The notes beneath the pieces are model-generated. The model had not been told where the DNA came from. It saw only the letters and a list, made by a program, of their open reading frames with translations, and made no database searches. Shown in pieces: positions 9,714-17,096 of a DNA stretch of 41,788 bases. The DNA is taken from the NCBI GenBank assembly GCA_011522975.1, contig WTHX01000063.1:1-41788 (forward strand), read 5' to 3'. A program made the position numbers and the translations under genes. Position 1 is the first letter of the stretch; every line of letters starts with the position of its first letter. The DNA comes from Alphaproteobacteria bacterium. GTDB lineage: Bacteria > Pseudomonadota > Alphaproteobacteria > Puniceispirillales > UBA1172.

Positions 9714-10759
9714 CCAAAATGACGGCCAAACAGCGCATGGGTGCATTGAATAAAGTCACTGCCGTTGATGTGGCGGAGCGGGCTGGCGTGTCGCAATCTG
9801 CCGTCAGCCGTGTTTTTACCCCTGGGGCATCGGTGTCTCCTCAAACTAAAAACAAAGTCTTGAAAGTGGCCATGGAATTGGGGTATCGCCCCAACTCACT
9901 GGCGCGCGCCATGGTTTCTGGCAAGAGCCGTATGATCGGCTTGGTGGTGGCTTATCTGCAAAACCAATTTTACCCAGAAGCCATTGAAAAATTATCCAAA
10001 GCCATGCAGGAAAGAAATTATCACCTGCTTGTTTTCATGACGTCCAAAACCGAAGGTGATGTCAGTGAGGTCTTTGACGAAATTTTAGATTATCAGGTTG
10101 ATGGCATCATCGCAGCATCGGTGGCTTTGTCATCAGATCTATCGAAACGTTGCGCCAATGCGGGCGTGCCTGTGGTGCTGTTTAACCGGTCGCAAGATGA
10201 TGACAGTTTATCATCCGTCACGTCTGAAAATTATCAAGGCGGGCGAAAAATTGCTGAACATTTGATCGCAACTGGCCATCAGCGAATCAGTTTTATCGCG
10301 GGTTGGGAAGGGGCATCGACCCAACGTGACCGGCAAGCCGGATTTATCGACGCGCTGCAAGATGCGGGTGTTGATCTGTGGTCGCGCGGTGTTGGAAATT
10401 TCATCATGGAAGATGCCAAAGCCGCCACCCATGCGATGTTTGCGGGTGGGGTGGAAAATGGTCCGGATGCTATTTTTGTGGCGAATGACCATATGGCTTT
10501 TGCGGTGATGGACACATTGCGTTTTGAATTGGGAATTGCTGTCCCTGAGCAGGTTTCAGTGATTGGGTATGATGATGTGCCGGCCGCGTCTTGGCCATCT
10601 TATAACCTGACCACCGTCCGCCAGCCAACCAACCAGATGGTCACAGCGACTGTTGATCTGTTATTGGCGCAAGTCGAAAATACGGACTTATCGTCCACAG
10701 CCCCTCGTCAAATTAAAATTGATGGCCCGTTGATCATCAGAGGATCAGCAAAGTCATGA
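9710..10759 (+). CDS. LacI-family transcriptional regulator
   Basis: N-terminal HTH VTAVDVAERAGVSQSAVSRVF, YRPNSLARAM hinge, and a periplasmic-binding-protein-like effector domain (VIGYDD). ATGA overlap with the upstream gene (9710-9713). Confidence 0.9.
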   Translation: MTKMTAKQRMGALNKVTAVDVAERAGVSQSAVSRVFTPGASVSPQTKNKVLKVAMELGYRPNSLARAMVSGKSRMIGLVVAYLQNQFYPEAIEKLSKAMQERNYHLLVFMTSKTEGDVSEVFDEILDYQVDGIIAASVALSSDLSKRCANAGVPVVLFNRSQDDDSLSSVTSENYQGGRKIAEHLIATGHQRISFIAGWEGASTQRDRQAGFIDALQDAGVDLWSRGVGNFIMEDAKAATHAMFAGGVENGPDAIFVANDHMAFAVMDTLRFELGIAVPEQVSVIGYDDVPAASWPSYNLTTVRQPTNQMVTATVDLLLAQVENTDLSSTAPRQIKIDGPLIIRGSAKS

Positions 10760-10778
10760 ACAATAAAGGAAGAAGAAT

Positions 10779-11762
10779 ATGAAAGGCTTTAGTCAAAAAT
10801 TTATCGATTTTCCAGATTACATTCTGGGCATCACCAAAGAGATTTGGGAAGACCGCGGAATTGCGACGCTGAATGAATATTACGGTGAAGATATGTATTT
10901 GCGCATGCCTTTGGGGGTTTATCGCGGCAATCAAGGCGTGATCAGCAAAACCATGTCCACGCTGGTGGAATTTCCTGACCGTGAATTATTGGGCGAAGAC
11001 GTGATTTGGTCCGGCAATGAAGATGACGGTATGTTAAGCTCTCACCGTCTTTATTGCACAGGCACGCATCTTGGCCATAGCATGTTTGGTGAGCCGACAG
11101 GAAATACTGTTCACTTCCGTGCCATCGCGGATTGCTATGCCATCAATAACGCGATCACCGATGAATGGCTGGTCCGTGATTATGGCGGTGTCGCCAAGCA
11201 AATTGGCTGGACCGCCCAAGAAGCCGCTGCGCAATTGATCGAAGCCGAGGGCGGCATTGATCACTGTGAAAAACCGCTGACCCCCCACAATGATATGGTC
11301 GGGCCATATACCGGCAAGGGCAATGATAATGAATGGGGGCAGAGATATGCCGATGTGCTTAACCGCATTATGTCGGCTGATCTGGCCGTGATCCCAGAAG
11401 CCTATGATCGTGCCATCAAAGGCGAATACCCAGGCATGACAACGGCAAGAGGCTGGGGTGAAGTTGATCAATTTTGGATTGGCCTGCGGGCGGCTTTCCC
11501 GAACGCGACATTTAAAATTGAACATCAAATTGGCCGTGATGACCCGATGATGCCGCCGCGCGCTGCGATCCGCTGGTCTTTGCATGGTAAGCATGATGGC
11601 TGGGGGTCTTTCGGGCGTCCAACAGGGGCAGAGGTCTATATCCTTGGTATGGCGCATGCTGACTTTGGTGCTTTGGTTACGGATCAGCCTAAGATTAGAA
11701 ATGAATTCGCGCTTTATGACGAAGTGGCGATCTGGAAACAAATTTTGATGCAAACGGGCTGA
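10779..11762 (+). CDS. Tandem SnoaL/NTF2-like two-domain protein (more divergent paralog)
   Basis: MFGEPTGNTVHFRAIADCYAINNAITDEWLVRD and SFGRPTGAEVYILGMAHADF...NEFALYDEVAIWKQI. AAGGAAG lies 6 nt upstream of the ATG. Confidence 0.65.
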   Translation: MKGFSQKFIDFPDYILGITKEIWEDRGIATLNEYYGEDMYLRMPLGVYRGNQGVISKTMSTLVEFPDRELLGEDVIWSGNEDDGMLSSHRLYCTGTHLGHSMFGEPTGNTVHFRAIADCYAINNAITDEWLVRDYGGVAKQIGWTAQEAAAQLIEAEGGIDHCEKPLTPHNDMVGPYTGKGNDNEWGQRYADVLNRIMSADLAVIPEAYDRAIKGEYPGMTTARGWGEVDQFWIGLRAAFPNATFKIEHQIGRDDPMMPPRAAIRWSLHGKHDGWGSFGRPTGAEVYILGMAHADFGALVTDQPKIRNEFALYDEVAIWKQILMQTG

Positions 11763-11795
11763 TTGTCCGTGAAGACCAATGAAGGGGGGAATGAT

Positions 11796-12782
11796 ATGAC
11801 AAAAACCGATATTGAAAGCCGCATTGTCCGTTATGGTGATCTGGTGCCATGCCGCACGGCGTTTATTGATGCCCATACCCCTGGGTCGGATCAAAAGGAA
11901 AATTTCACCATTATCGGTGGCGGTGTTTCTGAAGCCGCGGATCAACATGTTCATATTAAAGACACGCCGGGGTTTAATATTGGCGCGGCGGGGCAACCAC
12001 CGAAATGCCGGAATTCTTTGCATACGCACCGCACGGCCGAAGTGTTCTTTGTGTTGTCAGGCCGCTGGCGGTTCTTCTGGGGGAACACGGGGTCAGACGG
12101 CGAAGTCGTGCTGAACGAAGGGGATGTGATTAATATCCCCACCGGCATTTTCAGAGGCTTTGAGAATATCGGCAATGATTATGGGATGATCATGGCGATC
12201 CTTGGGGGTGATGATGCTGGTGGCGGTGTGATTTGGGCTCCGCAAGTGATCAACGAAGCCCAAGATCATGGCTTGATTCTGGGTCAAAATGGCGTGCTCT
12301 ATGACAGCAAAAAAGGTGAGGCTCTGCCAGATGGTTTTGCCCCGATGCCAACCCTTGATGATGATCAGATGGCGTTATTCCCCCATGTCACCAGCGCTGA
12401 ATTTGTGCCGCGTTTTGTCGCCCGCTATTGGGATATGATGGCGATGGCCGACCATCAGCCGGCCTTGGTGATCGATGAGCATGGCATGCTGAAAGACCGC
12501 CCGGGGTTTAGTCTTGAATTGCTTCGTGAGGGGTCGCTTGATGATACGGCTTACTCAACAGACCGCCATGAAGTTTTAATGGTGATGCGGGGGCATTGGT
12601 CTGTGGATCTGGACGATGACCGTGTCACATTGGCCCCGGGTGATGTGTTTGCCATCCCGCCAGGGATGAAGCGGAAACTTACCCCTGCGATGAGCGGTGA
12701 AGCCAGTCTCTTTCGGGTGCGCAACACCGATGATACTGCAGGCCCAACCATGGCCTTTGAAACAGCCGCGCCATCACGGTAA
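11796..12782 (+). CDS. Bicupin protein; N-terminal domain has an HxHxxxE metal motif, C-terminal domain lacks metal ligands
   Basis: Domain 1: LHTHRTAEVFFVLSG (cupin motif 1) and GDVINIPTGIFRGFEN (motif 2, with Arg where His is usual). Domain 2: PGDVFAIPPGMKRKL with no HxH. ATG 11796 has GAAGGGGGGA upstream. The ORF-track start at 11763 is a TTG. Confidence 0.7.
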   Translation: MTKTDIESRIVRYGDLVPCRTAFIDAHTPGSDQKENFTIIGGGVSEAADQHVHIKDTPGFNIGAAGQPPKCRNSLHTHRTAEVFFVLSGRWRFFWGNTGSDGEVVLNEGDVINIPTGIFRGFENIGNDYGMIMAILGGDDAGGGVIWAPQVINEAQDHGLILGQNGVLYDSKKGEALPDGFAPMPTLDDDQMALFPHVTSAEFVPRFVARYWDMMAMADHQPALVIDEHGMLKDRPGFSLELLREGSLDDTAYSTDRHEVLMVMRGHWSVDLDDDRVTLAPGDVFAIPPGMKRKLTPAMSGEASLFRVRNTDDTAGPTMAFETAAPSR

Positions 12783-12801
12783 GGTTATAAGGGAGGAAAA
12801 T

Positions 12802-13935
12802 ATGACCAAAATTTTAACAAGCCATGTGGGGTCATTGCCCCGAACCCAAGAGGTCGTCGATTTCATTTTCGCACGGGAAAATGAAAAGCCTTATGATCAA
12901 TCTGCATTTAATGATTGCATGGCATCTTCCTGTGCCGAAACAGTACGCCGTCAGGTTGAAGCAGGGATTGATATTGTCTCCGATGGTGAGACGTCAAAAA
13001 TCTCGTATGCCACATATGTCAAAGATCGTTATACAGGGTTTTCTGGCGACAGCCCTCGCAATGCCCCTGGCGATTTAAAATTATTCCCAGGCTTTCTAAA
13101 ACGCTTAGCCGATGATGGCGGCACGCCGCAATACGCCCGCCCCATGTGTACTGGGCCTGTGACGTCAAAAGGCCAAGATGAATTAAACGCCGATATTGCC
13201 AATTTAAAAGCGGCTATGGCCCAACATGGGGCTAAACGAGGCTTTATGAACGCGGCATCCCCTGGGGTGATCTCTTTGTTTTTGCAAAATGATTATTACG
13301 CCAGCCGTGATGACTATCTGGCGGCTTTGGCCGATGCCATGAAAGAAGAATACGAAACCATTGTTGCCGCTGGTCTTGATTTGCAATTGGATTGCCCTGA
13401 TCTGGCGCTTTCGCGGCATATGTTATTCGGGGATTTATCCGATGATGAATTTGTCAAAATTGCCAATACCCATGTTGACGCGTTGAACCACGCGTTGCGC
13501 GATGTCGATCCTGATCGCGTGCGGGTGCATATTTGCTGGGGCAATTACGAAGGCCCGCATATTTGCGATATTGATATGGATAAAGTGTTTTCAACATTGA
13601 TGAACACCCGCGCCCGCTATGTTTTGTTTGAAACATCAAACCCGCGCCATGCCCATGAATGGACGGTCTTCCGCGATCGCAAATCTGAAATTCCAGATGA
13701 TAAAATTCTGGTGCCCGGGGTTGTTGATACCACCACCAATTTTGTCGAACATCCTGAACTGGTGGCAGAACGGATCAAACGTTTCGTTGATATCGTTGGC
13801 GCTGATCGGGTGATTGCAGGTTCAGATTGCGGCTTTGGCACTTTTGCAGGTTTCGGGGCGGTAGACCCTGACATTGCTTATGCCAAATTATCCAGCCTTG
13901 CAGAAGGCGCGGCTTTGGCCTCAAACCGTCTGTAA
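12802..13935 (+). CDS. Cobalamin-independent methionine synthase C-terminal-domain-like (MetE-like, Meth_synt_2) Zn enzyme
   Basis: TSHVGSLPR N-terminus. RVHICWGNYEG (His-x-Cys) and GSDCGFG (Cys) match the MetE Zn-ligand positions. GGGAGG lies 5 nt before ATG 12802. Single domain, 377 aa, so not a full-length MetE. Confidence 0.75.
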   Translation: MTKILTSHVGSLPRTQEVVDFIFARENEKPYDQSAFNDCMASSCAETVRRQVEAGIDIVSDGETSKISYATYVKDRYTGFSGDSPRNAPGDLKLFPGFLKRLADDGGTPQYARPMCTGPVTSKGQDELNADIANLKAAMAQHGAKRGFMNAASPGVISLFLQNDYYASRDDYLAALADAMKEEYETIVAAGLDLQLDCPDLALSRHMLFGDLSDDEFVKIANTHVDALNHALRDVDPDRVRVHICWGNYEGPHICDIDMDKVFSTLMNTRARYVLFETSNPRHAHEWTVFRDRKSEIPDDKILVPGVVDTTTNFVEHPELVAERIKRFVDIVGADRVIAGSDCGFGTFAGFGAVDPDIAYAKLSSLAEGAALASNRL

Positions 13936-13939
13936 GAGA

Positions 13940-14644
13940 ATGGCGCGACTTGACCCGCTGGTGATGCTGCCGGGGATGATGTGCGATGAACGGCTGTTCG
14001 CTCCGCAAAAGGCGGTGATCGCCAATGGCCGTGATGTCATCATCCCTAAGTTATATGGTGGGGAGACCATCACTGATTTAGCGCGTCTGATTTTGGCGCA
14101 ATTGCCAATACGTTTTGCGCTGGCTGGTCTTTCTATGGGCGGTATTGTGGCGATGGAAATGATGCGCCAAGCCCCGCAGCGGATCAGCAAAATGGCGATT
14201 ATGGACAGCAACCCCTTTGCCGAAGATTCCGCCCGGCAGTCATTACGCGACATCCAGATCGATAAAGTTAAAAAAGGGGATTTGCGGGCAGTGATGCGCG
14301 ATGACATGAAACCGCATTATCTGGCCAATACGCCCAACCGTCAGCAGGTGCTTGATCTTTGTATGGCGATGGCGCTTGATCTGGGGGATGATGTTTTTAT
14401 TCAGCAATCGCGCGCTTTGGCCAGCCGTCCGGATCAGTCGGGTTCTTTAGCCAAAGTTAAAGTGCCAAGCCTTATACTTTATGGCGCAGAGGACCAACTT
14501 TGCCCTGAGGACCGTCATTTGGCGATGCATGACTTGATTGCAGGATCAAAACTGGTGAAAATCGAAGGCGCGGGGCATTTGCCCTGTTTGGAAAAACCTG
14601 ATGAAACAACAGCAGCATTGCAACGCTGGTTGGAGGAAGAATGA
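13940..14644 (+). CDS. Alpha/beta-fold hydrolase
   Basis: Nucleophile elbow GLSMGG, late GAEDQLCP and GAGHLP (catalytic His region). ATG 13940 lies 5 nt after the upstream stop. Confidence 0.8.
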   Translation: MARLDPLVMLPGMMCDERLFAPQKAVIANGRDVIIPKLYGGETITDLARLILAQLPIRFALAGLSMGGIVAMEMMRQAPQRISKMAIMDSNPFAEDSARQSLRDIQIDKVKKGDLRAVMRDDMKPHYLANTPNRQQVLDLCMAMALDLGDDVFIQQSRALASRPDQSGSLAKVKVPSLILYGAEDQLCPEDRHLAMHDLIAGSKLVKIEGAGHLPCLEKPDETTAALQRWLEEE

Positions 14645-15336
14645 ACGAGACTTTATTGGCGCTGTTACGCCGTATTGATACCCCAAGTGTTTGTAATGCG
14701 ATTGAAACTGCTCAAGGCAAGCGTGGGTTTAATGCTTTTACCCGTGGCACAATGCTGGCGTCTGACCCAACCGCAGGGGCAATTGTCGGTTATGCCCGCA
14801 CCGCTAAGATCGCCGCCAATGAGCCGCCACAAGACCCGCCAGAGGTAATTAAAAAAAGGCGTATGGCTTATTATCAGCATATGGCTGAAGGCCCAAGACC
14901 AGCGGTTGCTGTGGTTGAAGATGTTGATTTTCCCCATGCTGTTGGTGCGTTTTGGGGAGAGGTGAACACCACTGTCCATAAAGGCTTTGGCCTGTCAGGG
15001 GTGCTGACCAATGGCGTGATGCGGGATTTGGGCGATCTGGCCTCTGATTTTCCTGTTATCGCAGGGTCCATTGGCCCGTCCCATGCCTTTGTTCATGTCC
15101 GTGAAATTGGCACACCTGTAACGATTTTTTCCATGACCGTAAATGATGGTGATTTGATTCATGCCGATCGCCATGGCGGTGTTGTGATCCCGCCTGAAGT
15201 GATTCCTGATCTGGAAGCCGCTATTTTAAAAATGTTTGCAACCGAAAAACTGATTCTTGAACCTGCCCGCCAAGATGATTTTGACTTTGAAGCCTTTCAA
15301 AAAGCATGGGCGGCATTTGAGGCGGCGCGGACGTAA
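14641..15336 (+). CDS. RraA-like / 4-hydroxy-4-methyl-2-oxoglutarate (CHA/HMG) aldolase-family protein
   Basis: Size of about 230 aa. N-terminal TPSVCNAIE and the central VVEDV...GAFWGEV...GFGLSGVLTNGVMRD pattern are typical of PF03737. ATGA overlap with the upstream gene (14641-14644). Confidence 0.65.
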   Translation: MNETLLALLRRIDTPSVCNAIETAQGKRGFNAFTRGTMLASDPTAGAIVGYARTAKIAANEPPQDPPEVIKKRRMAYYQHMAEGPRPAVAVVEDVDFPHAVGAFWGEVNTTVHKGFGLSGVLTNGVMRDLGDLASDFPVIAGSIGPSHAFVHVREIGTPVTIFSMTVNDGDLIHADRHGGVVIPPEVIPDLEAAILKMFATEKLILEPARQDDFDFEAFQKAWAAFEAART

Positions 15337-15370
15337 CAATTTGGCCAATAAGATGGGTGTGACTAGACGA

Positions 15371-15398
15371 TTATCGCTTATCGCTTATCGATTATAGA
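15371..15398. repeat. Tandem heptamer repeat TTATCGC-TTATCGC-TTATCGA-TTATAGA in a 126-nt intergenic gap
   Basis: Read directly. Followed by TTGACG (15399-15404). The 12-mer ATTATCGCTTAT recurs at 41770-41781. Confidence 0.7.
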
Positions 15399-15462
15399 TT
15401 GACGGTGATGCAGAATTTCGGTTCTGATAATGGCGTGCAATCAGATCAAAGGATGAGTGATC

Positions 15463-16299
15463 ATGGCCGCGTATCAAAAGCCAGTGAAATGGCAAAACCC
15501 CAAGGTAAAACTGTTTCCGCATCAGGTGGGATTCACCTGCCCGCCCCATGATTTTGACGCCGGGCCGACCGATTTTCTACGCATCGCCCCACGTTCAGTG
15601 GGTGTTCATGGCTGGATGCTTCATGTTCCTGACTATGCCCACCGTTTGGACCAGCGGAAGCAAAATTTCAATATGCTGGAAGACTTCGTCCATAACATGG
15701 CCAATAATGGCGTCGATGTTTGTGGTCAGGTGGGGTCAAACTGGGTTCATGCTTGCGGGCTTGGGGTTGAAGGGGTTCGACAACATTGCGAACGCCTATC
15801 CGATACTTATGAAACGCCCTTCCATATGGCTGGTTATGCCATGGTTGAAGCCTTGCGTGAGATTAACGCTGAAAAAGTCGCGCTCAATGCCTGTTACCAC
15901 CGCGATACTTGGTATCAAGGCACGGTTGGGTTTTTGAAAGAGGCGGGGTTTGACGTTGTCTGGGCGGGCAATTTTTATGACCAAGGCTGGTTCCCCAGCC
16001 AGCAGGATGTTGATGATTGCATCTGGTGCTTTGATGAACAATTGCTTTGGGATTCGTTTGATTATGTTGCGGATAAAGCCCCCAATGTTGACGCCTATTT
16101 GATCAACGGTATGAGCAATTACCGCCGCCCATCCGATGGATTGGCACAGCGTCCATTGCACCATGAAAAAGCATTGGAAGCCCGATTGGGCAAACCCATT
16201 ATCGGGCATGACACCGCGTTATATTGGCGGATTTTCAAAACCCTTGGGCTGGCCCCTGAAACCGACCAAGGCCGATTACTGGCATCATTAAAAGGCTGA
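15463..16299 (+). CDS. Asp/Glu/hydantoin racemase-superfamily protein (maleate isomerase / arylmalonate decarboxylase-like), atypical active site
   Basis: Segment-by-segment resemblance to maleate cis-trans isomerases: AMVEALREINAEKVALNACY, VGFLKEAGFDV, VDAYLINGMSNY, LGKPIIGHDTALYWRIFKTLGL, GRLLASL. ATG 15463 is preceded by AAAGGATGAG. Alignment done from memory only. Confidence 0.5.
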   Translation: MAAYQKPVKWQNPKVKLFPHQVGFTCPPHDFDAGPTDFLRIAPRSVGVHGWMLHVPDYAHRLDQRKQNFNMLEDFVHNMANNGVDVCGQVGSNWVHACGLGVEGVRQHCERLSDTYETPFHMAGYAMVEALREINAEKVALNACYHRDTWYQGTVGFLKEAGFDVVWAGNFYDQGWFPSQQDVDDCIWCFDEQLLWDSFDYVADKAPNVDAYLINGMSNYRRPSDGLAQRPLHHEKALEARLGKPIIGHDTALYWRIFKTLGLAPETDQGRLLASLKG

Positions 16300-16352
16300 C
16301 CAAGTCAGCCCCAAAACTCCAAAAAAAGATTTTAGGTTTAAAGGAAAAGTAA

Positions 16353-17093
16353 ATGCATAAGATTGTTGCTCTTTGGGCGGTGCCGCGGTCCACCTCAACC
16401 GCCTTTGAATGGATGATGCGCCAGCGTGGTGATCTCAACTGCCTGCATGAACCTTTTGGTGAGGCATGGTATCAAGGCGAAGACCCGTTATGGCCGCGGT
16501 TTCAAGATGGCGATAAAACCACCGCTGGCCTGACGCTGGAAAGCGTTTGGGATGACATCAAAGCCAAGGCTGAACAAGGCCCTGTCTTTATCAAAGACTT
16601 TCCCCATTACATCAACCATATGTGGGATGCTGAATTTTTAAGCCATTTCACCCATGCGTTTTTAATCAGGGATCCTGCCAAAACCTTAACATCGCTTTAT
16701 GCCCGTTGGCCTGATTTTGATGAATTGGAAGTCGGTTTCCCTGAACAGCGTGCGCTCTATGATTTGGTCACGGCGTTGAATGGGTCTGCCCCGCCTGTGG
16801 TGGATAGTGATGATCTGCTGGAAAACCCCCATGACATGACCGCTGCTTTTTGTGATGCGGTGGGCATTCCCTTTGTTGAAAGCGCCCTCACGTGGGAAGC
16901 AGGCGGTGATCCGTCCGAGCACAGTTGGTGGGATGGTGGGTCATTCCACGCCAATTTAGCGCAATCCACAGGCCTAACCCCGCAAAAACGCAAATATGTT
17001 GATCTGGAAAACACCCCCGATCGGGTGAAGCGGGTCTATCGCCGCATGATGCCCCATTATCAGCATCTTCATCAGAACAGATTGACGGTCTGA
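16353..17093 (+). CDS. Sulfotransferase-like P-loop-type protein (function uncertain)
   Basis: N-terminal LWAVPRSTSTAF resembles the 5'-PSB (PAPS phosphate-binding) motif P(K/R)SGST of sulfotransferases. 246 aa. AAGGAAAAG SD. Confidence 0.45.
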   Translation: MHKIVALWAVPRSTSTAFEWMMRQRGDLNCLHEPFGEAWYQGEDPLWPRFQDGDKTTAGLTLESVWDDIKAKAEQGPVFIKDFPHYINHMWDAEFLSHFTHAFLIRDPAKTLTSLYARWPDFDELEVGFPEQRALYDLVTALNGSAPPVVDSDDLLENPHDMTAAFCDAVGIPFVESALTWEAGGDPSEHSWWDGGSFHANLAQSTGLTPQKRKYVDLENTPDRVKRVYRRMMPHYQHLHQNRLTV

Positions 17094-17096
17094 TCA

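Noticed and set aside
11034-12029. 331-aa minus-strand ORF, one of the longest unassigned ORFs
   Set aside because: It is entirely antisense to two well-supported plus-strand genes (the SnoaL tandem and the bicupin). It has an Arg/Ile-rich, low-complexity-like composition typical of shadow ORFs, and no motif.
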